This document shows, one piece after another, positions 50,549 to 62,447 of a stretch of DNA of 64,000 bases. Under the pieces are notes generated by a model that saw nothing but the letters and a program-made list of their open reading frames with translations, searched no databases and was not told the DNA's origin. Source of the stretch: Bacilli bacterium. GTDB lineage: Bacteria; Bacillota_I; Bacilli_A; RF39; UBA660. The first letter of the stretch is position 1; every line of letters begins with the position of its first letter. A program made the translations under genes and the position numbers. The DNA is taken from assembly GCA_017964405.1 (NCBI GenBank), contig JAGCSA010000042.1, forward strand, positions 1,738-65,737, read 5' to 3'.

Positions 50549-50597
50549 TTGTTGAAATATAAAGGGATATATCCCTCATTCTTTTATATTTCAACAA
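50549..50597. repeat. composite perfect palindrome upstream of the glucosaminidase promoter
   Basis: 15-bp arms TTGTTGAAATATAAA / TTTATATTTCAACAA enclose the 12-bp palindrome GGGATATATCCC. A TTGACA-17-TAAAAT promoter follows on the minus strand. Confidence 0.8.
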
Positions 50598-50600
50598 AAC

Positions 50601-50628
50601 AAAAAAAGAGGAATTTTTCCTCTTTTTA
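50601..50628 (-). terminator. terminator after the 335-aa secreted-protein gene
   Basis: AGAGGA-aaaat-TCCTCT with flanking A/T runs. Confidence 0.75.
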
Positions 50629-51636
50629 TTAATCGTAATAACATCTAGTAGATCCATCTTGGTATTGGTAGCAAGAATAATTGTTTCCTACCGTCGTCGA
50701 ACCACTTGGATAAACTGCAATTCCTCCTACTATATCAGAGTTAGAGCTGTATAGTTGGGATTGGAAATTTGTACAATTATACCCATCATACGTTGTAGAG
50801 TGACAATTTGATTCTCCAGCAAGACTTAGAATCAATTGCTTATTTCTTTCAAATGATGCTCCTCCATCTCCTCCAATTATCGAGTATTCGTTGAGAATGG
50901 CATAATTATATATTACAAATCCCAATTCCGAATAAACAACTTTATTATCTTTAATTATGTGTTTACTAAAATAATGTTTTCCAAAGTGAGAAATACACTG
51001 AGTAACTGAGTCAGTGGTATATCCTAGTTTTGATACATCGTCTCCAATATAAGTTCTTGTTTCATTAAAGGCATAAACCCAATTTCTGACTTTGACTGCA
51101 TTGGCATCTGCTTGTACATAGGATAATCCAAAGGAGATTGATAATGCTTGTGGAGTAGATGGTAAAAGAGATGGATCAATATCATCTCGATACTCTACTC
51201 TGATTTTGATTGTCTCTTTTTCATTTATTTTTAAATATTGGTATTGTTCGATCTCTAAGCCATCTTCATAAGTCACTTCATATTTTAGATAAGCAGGGAC
51301 TTCTGTACTATTATTGATGGTTTTCGTAATCGTATCAATCATGGCATCAATGGTACCGTCATTTTTGGCATCTACTTTGAATTCATAAAACTGTCCTGGT
51401 TCTGTTAAATGTACTGTGAAAGATACGGTTGTTTGATTTGAAATCGATGGGGTTGTTGCTGCTACAGAACCAGTTGTTACTTGTACATTGTCCCAGTATA
51501 CATTCCAAGTATTGGAATCTACATCCGTTGTTCCTTCTATATTTAAGGTTGTTGTAATGAAAGCATACCCTAATCCCAGTCCCATGACCAATAAAAGGAT
51601 TCCCAGTAGTAGTGATTTTTTTCTTGTCCTTCTCAT
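50629..51636 (-). CDS. secreted/anchored protein of unknown function
   Basis: 335 aa. N-terminal RRTRKK plus hydrophobic helix, then TTTLNIEGTTDV. Cys-rich C-terminus. Confidence 0.4.
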   Translation of the reverse strand: MRRTRKKSLLLGILLLVMGLGLGYAFITTTLNIEGTTDVDSNTWNVYWDNVQVTTGSVAATTPSISNQTTVSFTVHLTEPGQFYEFKVDAKNDGTIDAMIDTITKTINNSTEVPAYLKYEVTYEDGLEIEQYQYLKINEKETIKIRVEYRDDIDPSLLPSTPQALSISFGLSYVQADANAVKVRNWVYAFNETRTYIGDDVSKLGYTTDSVTQCISHFGKHYFSKHIIKDNKVVYSELGFVIYNYAILNEYSIIGGDGGASFERNKQLILSLAGESNCHSTTYDGYNCTNFQSQLYSSNSDIVGGIAVYPSGSTTVGNNYSCYQYQDGSTRCYYD

Positions 51637-51691
51637 AGAATCACCCTATTATCATTATAACATGAAAAAAAACTAGATTTCTCTAGTTTTT

Positions 51692-52288
51692 TTACCAGTT
51701 TACATAGATATCGATGATACCATAGGCACAACCAGAATCATATACTTTTGCAGGTCCTAATGATGTAATTAAGATAGATCCTTTTGGCATATATCCACCA
51801 TCAGCAGCTACACAGATGTATCCATCTCCATCACGGATGGTTCCATCTTCTGCAACATGTCGTCCAGGAATATTTAGACTAGTTCCTGGTAATACTCTTT
51901 CGGAATAATACGTCTCTTTATGACCGTTAAAGTAAAGGGCTCCTCTACTAACGGATAGACGGTCTCCCGAATAAGTATATAATCCAGAATACTCCATATG
52001 TAATGTTCCTGCATAAAGAGCAGCTTCTCTTTCTGCAATGGACATGGAATCGTATAACTCAATTGGTGTCATCTGAATAGATGCTTGTGCAAACTCCATC
52101 TCAACAGGCATCCAGTTTTCTTCTTGGATATTTCCTGTTTGATGTTCTGACATCACAATTAAGCTAGAAGCTAAGTTCTTTATATCAATTGAATCTGCTT
52201 CCTTCATCTCTTTAAAAGCAACAGCACTTGTACAAATTGTCAAGGCTCCTAAGAGAAGACTTAAGCAAATTATCCTTGCTTTTTTCAA
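51692..52288 (-). CDS. 3D-domain (MltA/RlpA-like) cell-wall protein
   Basis: C-terminal HVAEDGTIRDGDGYICVAADGGYMPKGS...IDIY resembles a 3D domain. The start is uncertain: I favour the TTG at 52288 (RBS GGGGTGA, giving a KKARIICLSLLLGALT signal peptide), whereas the track ORF extends to 52375. Confidence 0.6.
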   Translation of the reverse strand: MKKARIICLSLLLGALTICTSAVAFKEMKEADSIDIKNLASSLIVMSEHQTGNIQEENWMPVEMEFAQASIQMTPIELYDSMSIAEREAALYAGTLHMEYSGLYTYSGDRLSVSRGALYFNGHKETYYSERVLPGTSLNIPGRHVAEDGTIRDGDGYICVAADGGYMPKGSILITSLGPAKVYDSGCAYGIIDIYVNW

Positions 52289-52352
52289 ACAATTCACCCC
52301 ACAACCTTCATTGTTACGTAATATTATACCACATTTTTGCTTTACAGTCAAA

Positions 52353-53210
52353 TTACTTGGTCTCATAAATGGCACAATTATAGACAGAAGACTGATAAAT
52401 TTTATTATATCCAGATGGTGTTGTCGTATACATTCCGTTGCATTCTACGATCTTTGGATTTCTCTCTGTTAAGGCAAGATAGACAGATTTTAAGACATCA
52501 CTACTGGCACTATTATATCCCTTTAAAATATTATTCCATGAATAATAATTGGCATCTCCACTATGGCTGGGATCCCATCCCTGCATCTGTTGAACGGTTT
52601 TTGGTTGATTGATCATTGCACTGGCCCATCCGTAATACAGATAAGGATCATTGACATATCCTTCTCTGGCAGTTGTTCCTATTAATATTTTTACATAATC
52701 ACTTTGGAATCCTAATAAAGCTGCTTTTGCTTCTATTTCTGATACAGAAGGGGTTTCCATACTCGCTAGTTTATTTCTATAATCACTTCCACTTACACTT
52801 CCACTACCCGTTTCGGAAGAGTTTGTTTTCGACTGTTTCTTTGTTCCTTTTTCGTAATCTCCCTCTCCACTAATCATGTTGGTTTTTTGAGAATCATCCC
52901 CAACATAAGTATTGGAGTAGGAAGGATTTGCATTGTTCCAACAAGCACTAATCGTTGTATCTTCTCCTAGAACTCCCATTAATACACTCCAAGATGTTGG
53001 CACTATAAAAACTACTAATAAAGCAATTAGTGAATTTCTTAATTTTTGAATATGTTTTTTCTCCTCTGGATCTTTCATCAATCTGATAAAGTGAATTGCT
53101 AACATCACAATTAATAAGATAGGAGCAATTACTTGTATGAGTGTTACTATTCTTCTTGCTATTCCTAATATTGCTTGTAATCCAGGATCTGAACAGGCAT
53201 TTTGTATCAT
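52353..53210 (-). CDS. two-TM membrane protein with an extracellular C-terminal domain (possibly cell-wall related)
   Basis: Start at the second ATG (GGAGG 6 nt upstream). No family firmly recognised. Confidence 0.35.
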   Translation of the reverse strand: MIQNACSDPGLQAILGIARRIVTLIQVIAPILLIVMLAIHFIRLMKDPEEKKHIQKLRNSLIALLVVFIVPTSWSVLMGVLGEDTTISACWNNANPSYSNTYVGDDSQKTNMISGEGDYEKGTKKQSKTNSSETGSGSVSGSDYRNKLASMETPSVSEIEAKAALLGFQSDYVKILIGTTAREGYVNDPYLYYGWASAMINQPKTVQQMQGWDPSHSGDANYYSWNNILKGYNSASSDVLKSVYLALTERNPKIVECNGMYTTTPSGYNKIYQSSVYNCAIYETK

Positions 53211-53282
53211 AGGCATCCTCCATTCTTACTATACCATATTTTTTTGCATTCTGAAACATGATATAATGGTCTTGGTGATAGT

Positions 53283-54008
53283 ATGAAGGATATTCAAACG
53301 TTAATTCAATGGATACAGGAATCTCATAAAACTGTCTTTTTTGGAGGAGCTGGAGTATCTACAGAATCTGGATTAAAAGATTTTCGTAGTAAAGATGGTC
53401 TCTATCATGAAAAATATGATTATCCTCCTGAAGAAATCTTGTCTCATCACTTTTTTATGCAAAAAACAGAGGAATTTTATAAGTTCTATCGAGATAAATT
53501 AAATACCAAAAATTTTAAACCGAATATTACTCATCTCGTTTTAGCAGAAATGGAGAAGAAAGGAAAATTATCTTCTGTCATTACCCAAAATATTGATGGA
53601 TTTCATCAAGAAGCAGGATCTAAAAAAGTATTAGAGTTACATGGATCCATTAAAAGAAATTATTGCCAGAAATGTAATAAATTCTATGATGAAAAGATTG
53701 TATTTGATACAAAAGGAATTCCCACTTGTAGTTGTGGAGGAATGATAAAGCCCGATGTAGTCTTATATGAAGAAGGATTAGATCCTGTGATTATGCAGGA
53801 AGCGATTAAAGAAATCTCTACTTGTGATCTATTAATCATTGGTGGTACGAGTTTAAATGTATATCCTGCTGCTTCTTTTATTCATTATTTTAGAGGAAAA
53901 CATCTTGTTTTAATTAATCGAGATGTTACTCCTTTTGATTCTATGTGTGATTTAGTACTTCATCAAAATATAGGAGAAGTTTTTCAAGAAATAAAAAAAG
54001 AGATTTAA
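53283..54008 (+). CDS. cobB: NAD-dependent protein deacylase (Sir2/CobB family)
   Basis: 241 aa. GAGVSTESGLKDFRS, QNIDGFH, and the zinc ribbon CQKC...CSCGG. Confidence 0.85.
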   Translation: MKDIQTLIQWIQESHKTVFFGGAGVSTESGLKDFRSKDGLYHEKYDYPPEEILSHHFFMQKTEEFYKFYRDKLNTKNFKPNITHLVLAEMEKKGKLSSVITQNIDGFHQEAGSKKVLELHGSIKRNYCQKCNKFYDEKIVFDTKGIPTCSCGGMIKPDVVLYEEGLDPVIMQEAIKEISTCDLLIIGGTSLNVYPAASFIHYFRGKHLVLINRDVTPFDSMCDLVLHQNIGEVFQEIKKEI

Positions 54009-55441
54009 TCTCTTTTTTCTTTTTCATTCCAAGTCGTTTGTTTTCTAGCTTCTTCTTTCGATAAGTTATATCCAAAGATTGTCTTTTCATTTCTCTTATC
54101 CATATGTCTGATATAAATATTCAAATTATCTTTATCAATTTGTTCTATCTTATCATCTTCTTGTATTAATTCATACAATTCTCTTAATTGATTTAGGTTA
54201 TCATAATTGGTATTTTGTAAATAATATAAATCAATTTGTCCTGCTCTTTTATAGCGAGCAATATTATTATTGGCAATCACTCTATCTACTGAGAAACAAT
54301 TGATTGCTGTATAGATTGCAATTGTAATGACTAGATAGAAGTTTAAAATGTTTAGTTTCTTATTGATGACATAATAAATAGTTGGTACTAAGAGAATGGC
54401 TTCTGTTAATAGAATGGCATATACTCCTAATCTTAGAATGGTATAACCATAGGCAGCTTCATATAAAGACATTCTCAAATAAGAAGAAGCAATAATAATA
54501 TAGGTTAATAGAATCATGATAATACTCATGATTTTTGTTTTTGTTTGTTCCTTACATTTTTTTGATAGTAATAGAATACTGATATTAATAAAGGAAATAA
54601 ACATTAATTGGAAGAATCCACTTCTTGCATATTCTGCATAGTTAAATCCTGAAGATACTCTATGAAGCATTAAAGAATTAATTTGAATGATATCAAATAT
54701 AAGATAGATCACATTCAATATGATTAATAACATATTGATGGTTAATGGTTCTCTCTCTTTTTCTTCTTCTTTTACTCTTTTTTCTTTTAAGTAATGATTT
54801 CCTATAAAATATAAGGTTGCTCCTAAATAGAAGAATAATGATGCAAAGATAATGGTTCTTGTGAAGATTTCATCGATGGATATTCCTTTCCATTTCCATG
54901 AGAAAAGATTCTGAAATAGTTGTCCAAAGATACTATCTGCACTTGCTAGTAACACTAATACTAAAATAACAATTGGTAAGATCATCAAGAATGATTGAAT
55001 ATACTTCGTCGATTTCTTTTCTTTCTTCTTTTCTCCTTTTGTTTTTACTGGAATTAGTTTTACTCCTTCTTTTGTAAAATTTCCTATACTATTTAATGGT
55101 TTAATCATTAAATTTAAGATTTCTACGATCGTATCCCCTATTGTTTTTACTGGTTTCATTGTAAAAATATAGAGTAATAGATAAAGAAATGGTAGAACTA
55201 AAACATTTAAATATTTCCAGGTATTATCATAAATAAAATAACTGGTTGATAATACTAAAATGGGAATGATTAACAATAATCCTGCTTTATTTTTGATACA
55301 TTTATGTTCTTTTAAGACAGATAGAATCAGTCCTAATAAGGGAATCGTAAATAGTAATACATTTATTCCCCAACTTTGATTCACTAAAATGATGGAATGC
55401 CATATACATAGTAATAAGGTTCCGATTAATATTTTTTTCAT
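54005..55441 (-). CDS. polytopic membrane protein (DUF4153/DUF4173-like)
   Basis: 478 aa, more than 10 TM helices. Last gene of the DUF2975-HTH operon. Confidence 0.45.
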   Translation of the reverse strand: MKKILIGTLLLCIWHSIILVNQSWGINVLLFTIPLLGLILSVLKEHKCIKNKAGLLLIIPILVLSTSYFIYDNTWKYLNVLVLPFLYLLLYIFTMKPVKTIGDTIVEILNLMIKPLNSIGNFTKEGVKLIPVKTKGEKKKEKKSTKYIQSFLMILPIVILVLVLLASADSIFGQLFQNLFSWKWKGISIDEIFTRTIIFASLFFYLGATLYFIGNHYLKEKRVKEEEKEREPLTINMLLIILNVIYLIFDIIQINSLMLHRVSSGFNYAEYARSGFFQLMFISFINISILLLSKKCKEQTKTKIMSIIMILLTYIIIASSYLRMSLYEAAYGYTILRLGVYAILLTEAILLVPTIYYVINKKLNILNFYLVITIAIYTAINCFSVDRVIANNNIARYKRAGQIDLYYLQNTNYDNLNQLRELYELIQEDDKIEQIDKDNLNIYIRHMDKRNEKTIFGYNLSKEEARKQTTWNEKEKRD

Positions 55442-55442
55442 A

Positions 55443-55649
55443 TTATTTCTCCTTTTGATAATCTAAAATATCTCCTGGTTTACAATCTAAAACTTCACAG
55501 ATCTTTTCTAACGTAGAAAAACGAATCGCTTTTCCTTTTCCTGTTTTTAGGATGGATAGATTTGCTTGGGTAATTCCTACTTTATCTGCTAGTTCATTGG
55601 AGGAGATTTTTCTTTTTGCCATCATGACATCTAAATTCACTATAATCAT
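55443..55649 (-). CDS. XRE-family HTH transcriptional regulator (YozG-like)
   Basis: 68 aa. ISSNELADKVGITQANLSILKTGK HTH. Confidence 0.8.
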   Translation of the reverse strand: MIIVNLDVMMAKRKISSNELADKVGITQANLSILKTGKGKAIRFSTLEKICEVLDCKPGDILDYQKEK

Positions 55650-55659
55650 ATGACACCTC

Positions 55660-56124
55660 CTAGATTGTTAAATCATTTTCTTCTTTGTATTCGGTTGCTT
55701 GTTGTAATAATAAACTAAGTGTCCATAAAGCAATTCCTACTCCAAAGAATAAAATGAATAAGAATAGTAAAACTAAAATGTAATTGATATAGGTATTATG
55801 AATGAGTGCAATCATGATGAATAAATCCATTAACCATAAAAGACTCATTCCAAAGGATAATCTTCCTGTCTTTTGTAGAATTTTTACATTCTCTTTTGTA
55901 AAAGGATTGTTCTTCTCAAGGGAATCAAACATCTTTAAGAATTGGAATGCGATTGCTACCATGAGACCTCCATTTGGATATACAATGATCATTGAATACA
56001 ATACACTATAATTATTACTTAATAAAAAAGGTACTAATAGGATACAAGGGATTGCGAAAACAATTCCTATAATTACAATTGTCTTTAATATTTTCCCCAT
56101 TTTATTCATTTCTATTGGAAACAT
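55660..56124 (-). CDS. DUF2975-like membrane protein
   Basis: 154 aa, 4 TM helices. Typical partner of YozG-type regulators. Confidence 0.55.
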   Translation of the reverse strand: MFPIEMNKMGKILKTIVIIGIVFAIPCILLVPFLLSNNYSVLYSMIIVYPNGGLMVAIAFQFLKMFDSLEKNNPFTKENVKILQKTGRLSFGMSLLWLMDLFIMIALIHNTYINYILVLLFLFILFFGVGIALWTLSLLLQQATEYKEENDLTI

Positions 56125-56210
56125 ATAATTCCTCCTTCATACTTATCATTATAATTCTTATTTTTTGAAAGTCAATATATTTTTATTGTTTATCGATAAT
56201 TGATGTCAAA

Positions 56211-56237
56211 TAAAAAAGTAGAGATTCTCTACTTTTT
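56211..56237 (-). terminator. terminator after the ABC permease gene
   Basis: GTAGAG-aat-CTCTAC with A/T flanks. Confidence 0.7.
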
Positions 56238-57813
56238 AATATAATTTAAAGGTTCTTGGAGATACTTTATATACTAATAATAAAGATAATCCAATATAGA
56301 AAAGTGAAAAGACAATTCCTAGAATGGATAATACTTCTGATGAAAGAATAATTCCAGATATCCAGTAACTGATAATATATGTACATAGTGTTACAAAAGA
56401 GTAACTAGCTCTTTTTACTTCCATCTCTTTATTAAATGGTTGTAGTAAATAATAGATTACTAAATAATGAACAGAGAAGAATACACTTAAGCAGATAATA
56501 AATAAGAAAGAAGTCATAATGGATATCATAGAATAAGAATGATTCGATATTAGTAAGAGAATTGTATTTCCAATTCCAATCACGAATGCTGGTAACAAAT
56601 TTACTTTTGTAACAGTTAACAATCTCTTTTTAAATAATTCTACAATTACATTCGGATCTCTGTAGAAATTATATCGTAACATCGCATGATCACAATTAAA
56701 GAACATGGCTTGTGTAATAATCGATCCCCTATTAATAAAGAACATGATAATCACAAATGTTGCTAATTTGACATGTAAGAATTCACCTATACTTTGATTA
56801 TAATTTGCATAATGCGTCATCATATAAGCTAATATTCCATAGACAATTACTATAATAACTGAATACTTTCTAGCACTTCTTAATAGAATTTCTTTGTGTC
56901 TTTCAAAGAAGATTGCATTAAATAAATCATATCCTTCTTTCTTTTCGAGGATACTACTATCAATCTTTTTATCTTTTTCTTTGACATCTACCATGGCTTG
57001 TTTTAAATAATCTTTTTCATTCTTAGAATCCATGACATTGGTCATTTGGGTTAATCTTTTATAGATTAGTTTATAATCCTCTATTTTTAAGATATAGATG
57101 AATGCAGGTATTCCTAGTAGTAAGAATAGTACCATAAATCCTAATAATACTTTAAAAGGAATCATTAGATTTAAATACGGTAAGAAACAAGCTCCTACTA
57201 ATCCAACTACGATTGGGAAATACAAACTATTATTGGTATACCAAATATAGTGATATTTCCGAAAGAACATAATATTTAGCATCTCTCCCACTAATCTGGC
57301 TCCTAATGTAAATAGGACCAAAATAATACTATAAATAATTGTAGGAGAAAGTAATAAGTAATCTACAAACAAATAGATACAGATCATATTCATAATCATA
57401 TTTGTGAGTAAATTCCAGAAGAGATTGGCTCTTAAGAAAGCAGTTGCATCCATATTAAAAATAATAATGGAGAAATACTTCTTTTTACTGGTATTTAATA
57501 ATTTATTATTAATGAATAATCCTAGAATTGTTAATAAGAAATACATATGAAAGAATGCTTGTATAATTTGATTGGGGAATAACTTATAACAAATAAATAA
57601 GATAACAAAGAAATACATAAATTTGAGGAATGCTGCTCTTGCTATCGAGAACAATATTCCCAAGAATCCTACGATTCTTTTGATTGTTTTACTCTTATAA
57701 ATATCATTCGTTATTAAATCTCTTAGTACTGGTAATTTACTAAGAATATAGATGAATGAATTCACAGAGTAATCTAGATCAATTTGTAGGGTTTTTACTA
57801 AAGCATTAATCAT
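56236..57813 (-). CDS. polytopic membrane protein, putative ABC exporter permease
   Basis: 525 aa, about 12 TM helices. Overlaps the stop of the upstream ABC ATPase gene. Confidence 0.5.
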   Translation of the reverse strand: MINALVKTLQIDLDYSVNSFIYILSKLPVLRDLITNDIYKSKTIKRIVGFLGILFSIARAAFLKFMYFFVILFICYKLFPNQIIQAFFHMYFLLTILGLFINNKLLNTSKKKYFSIIIFNMDATAFLRANLFWNLLTNMIMNMICIYLFVDYLLLSPTIIYSIILVLFTLGARLVGEMLNIMFFRKYHYIWYTNNSLYFPIVVGLVGACFLPYLNLMIPFKVLLGFMVLFLLLGIPAFIYILKIEDYKLIYKRLTQMTNVMDSKNEKDYLKQAMVDVKEKDKKIDSSILEKKEGYDLFNAIFFERHKEILLRSARKYSVIIVIVYGILAYMMTHYANYNQSIGEFLHVKLATFVIIMFFINRGSIITQAMFFNCDHAMLRYNFYRDPNVIVELFKKRLLTVTKVNLLPAFVIGIGNTILLLISNHSYSMISIMTSFLFIICLSVFFSVHYLVIYYLLQPFNKEMEVKRASYSFVTLCTYIISYWISGIILSSEVLSILGIVFSLFYIGLSLLLVYKVSPRTFKLY

Positions 57814-58513
57814 TGTTGTCTTCCTTTAATGCTTGAATAATCTTATCTTTGTATTTCTTTGAATTTAAATTGGATTTCGGAATTAATTCTAAATTCTTAT
57901 TACTAATCACAACAATTTCATCACATAGATCTGTTGCTAATTCTAGAATATGGGTTGAAAAAATAATAATATGATTTTCTTTTAATCCTTTTAATAATTT
58001 TTTCATATCTTCTTGTACAACAATATCTAAGGATGTTAATGGTTCATCTAATAAGATAATTTTAGGGTTTGCAATCATATTGACTAAAATCTGAATCTTA
58101 TTTTTCATACCATGAGAATATTCTTTTAATAAGATATCTTGATCTTCTCGATTTAATTTTACTAAATCAAAATAATAATCCATATCTTTTAAATCTTCTC
58201 TTTTATCTTTATTAATATCTACATAGAATTTTAAGAATTCTCTTCCTGTTAAAAATTCTGGTACAGTAGGAGTTGATACTACATAACCAATATCCGTTGT
58301 TTTTAGTTTATTTTTACCGAATTCATCTTCTAAATAGAATCTTCCATTATCAACGGTAATATCACTATTTAAAGCATTAAAGAATGTTGTTTTTCCTGCT
58401 CCATTTCTTCCTAATAATCCATAGATTTTTCCATCTTCAAATGTAAAATTAACATCTTTTAATACTTCTTTTTTTCCATAACTCTTTTCTAAATCATGTA
58501 TTTCTAATTTCAT
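57806..58513 (-). CDS. ABC transporter ATP-binding protein
   Basis: 235 aa. Walker A GRNGAGKTT, Walker B ILLDEP. Confidence 0.85.
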   Translation of the reverse strand: MKLEIHDLEKSYGKKEVLKDVNFTFEDGKIYGLLGRNGAGKTTFFNALNSDITVDNGRFYLEDEFGKNKLKTTDIGYVVSTPTVPEFLTGREFLKFYVDINKDKREDLKDMDYYFDLVKLNREDQDILLKEYSHGMKNKIQILVNMIANPKIILLDEPLTSLDIVVQEDMKKLLKGLKENHIIIFSTHILELATDLCDEIVVISNKNLELIPKSNLNSKKYKDKIIQALKEDNND

Positions 58514-58532
58514 CGTATCACTCCTTGTATTT

Positions 58533-59519
58533 TTATTTTAATAATTGTTTAATGGTTCCTTTATGATTTTGATAAGTAACATGTGCTATACATCCATTGA
58601 TAATGGTCATTTTAGGAGCTACATGTCCAATATCAGCATCCATGATGATAGGAATATTACCAAATATTTCTCTTAATGCTTTTTCATACGTCATAGAAGT
58701 ATCTTCATTGAACATTAAGATTCTTCCTACTATGACTCCTTTTACTTGTTCAAACCAACCTGATTCTTTTAATTCAAATAATGCTAAATAAAAGTCAGCT
58801 GATCGTAGAGCAAATACATCAAAGTACCAAATGAATCCATCTTCTTTGTATTTCTCTATCATTTTTTTTGTTCCATCATATTTAGTTCCTGGAAGATATT
58901 GAAGACAATCAATACATCCTCCCATGATTCTTCCTGTTATATCAAAATCTCCATTGAGAGATTTCCATTCACTCTTTTCTGTTAGGTTGTAGGCTCCCTC
59001 TACTCTACCTTCTCTACTTTTTTCATAGAATGGATAGTTTTCTTGTGGAAGCATATTACCTTTTAAATATTCAATTGCCACCTTTTGGGATTCATATAAC
59101 TTTTTAGCATCAAAGCTTCCTGCATTATGGCCATAGATAGTAGCAATATCATGAACTGTTGTTATGTAATACAGTAAATTGGTTGGATCACTAGCTCCCA
59201 TGACCCATTTTGGATTCTTTACCATTTCTTTGCTATCGATATAGGGAAGCATGTCTGTTAGAAAGTCTCCTCCTGTTGCACAGATCACTGCATCCACCTG
59301 ATCATCTCGTATTAAATCCATGAACTCTTCTCCTCTTTGTTTTGCAGGAGAAGAGACATCACCCTCTACTCTGACGTTCGATGTTTCTACGATATTCCAA
59401 TGATTCTTTTTTAAATTATTGATTGATTTTTCATAATCTTCTATTTGCCAACCTACTCCACTAGAAGGAGCTGTAATTCCTACTGTAGAATTCTCTTTTA
59501 AAAACTTAGGATATTTCAT
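58533..59519 (-). CDS. S66-family LD-carboxypeptidase
   Basis: 328 aa. ATGGDF, GASDPTNLL (Ser nucleophile) and DADIGHV motifs. Confidence 0.7.
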   Translation of the reverse strand: MKYPKFLKENSTVGITAPSSGVGWQIEDYEKSINNLKKNHWNIVETSNVRVEGDVSSPAKQRGEEFMDLIRDDQVDAVICATGGDFLTDMLPYIDSKEMVKNPKWVMGASDPTNLLYYITTVHDIATIYGHNAGSFDAKKLYESQKVAIEYLKGNMLPQENYPFYEKSREGRVEGAYNLTEKSEWKSLNGDFDITGRIMGGCIDCLQYLPGTKYDGTKKMIEKYKEDGFIWYFDVFALRSADFYLALFELKESGWFEQVKGVIVGRILMFNEDTSMTYEKALREIFGNIPIIMDADIGHVAPKMTIINGCIAHVTYQNHKGTIKQLLK

Positions 59520-60204
59520 CTTTCTTCACCCCTTTATGATTGATAGAAATGATCTTTGCGATTACAAAGTAGATGAATCGAACGATGATTCCTCCTACTA
59601 ATAAAATAATGGCAGGATAAACCCAACAATTGAGAGTTACTGTTGTAATTTTAATGAGAGAAGCAATGGTACTTTTTAACCATTCTGCTAAGCATAACAT
59701 AGCTACTCCAGAGAGTGCCATTGCCCAAGAAGTTGGTTTAATCCACTCATAGAAAGACCACCTTGTGAAAGCAATTAAAATGATATTGACAATAATCGCT
59801 ATGATTAAGATTCCTTTTAATTTTGCATTTGTTAAGAAACGAAATGTATTTAAGGAAAATCTTTGTCCAGGACTTAGTTTCTTTTCTTGTTCTTCCATCC
59901 ATTCATTGAATGCATTTTCTACTTCTTTGGTTGCTGTTTCTTTCATATCTTCGATGGTTTTTTTTACTTTATCGGTATTTATATATTGATCAATAAAACC
60001 TTTTACCTCTTCATTATTCATAATATCTTGGAACCAATTGGATCCTTCTTTTCCTGTTTTTTGAAGACTTTCTGGAATAATAGCTTTCCAGATTTCCCCT
60101 GTAATTTCTTCTGTTACTTGTTTTGAAGTGATATTAATCAATAATGCCATGATGAGGATTGTTAATGTGATTGTTAAAGGAATTACTTTGAATAATTTTC
60201 TCAT
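59506..60204 (-). CDS. hypothetical membrane protein
   Basis: 232 aa with 4 TM helices. No family recognised. Confidence 0.4.
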   Translation of the reverse strand: MRKLFKVIPLTITLTILIMALLINITSKQVTEEITGEIWKAIIPESLQKTGKEGSNWFQDIMNNEEVKGFIDQYINTDKVKKTIEDMKETATKEVENAFNEWMEEQEKKLSPGQRFSLNTFRFLTNAKLKGILIIAIIVNIILIAFTRWSFYEWIKPTSWAMALSGVAMLCLAEWLKSTIASLIKITTVTLNCWVYPAIILLVGGIIVRFIYFVIAKIISINHKGVKKDEIS

Positions 60205-60252
60205 AGGAAGCCTCCTCTTTCTTATTATAACATAAGAAAAGAAGAAAACCTT

Positions 60253-62358
<2,106 letters not shown>

Positions 62359-62379
62359 TTCTATCACCCCTCAATCATT

Positions 62380-62420
62380 ATTATACTCTAAAATTAGCAC
62401 TTGTCAATATAGAGTGCTAA
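62380..62420 (-). promoter_or_regulatory. CIRCE (HrcA) operator overlapping the clpB promoter
   Basis: Minus strand: TTAGCACTC-tatattgac-AAGTGCTAA (62394-62420), one mismatch to the consensus TTAGCACTC-N9-GAGTGCTAA. TTGACA sits inside the spacer, with TATAAT 16 nt downstream. Confidence 0.8.
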
Positions 62421-62447
62421 TTGTTTTGACCAACAAAAAAAGAGGTC

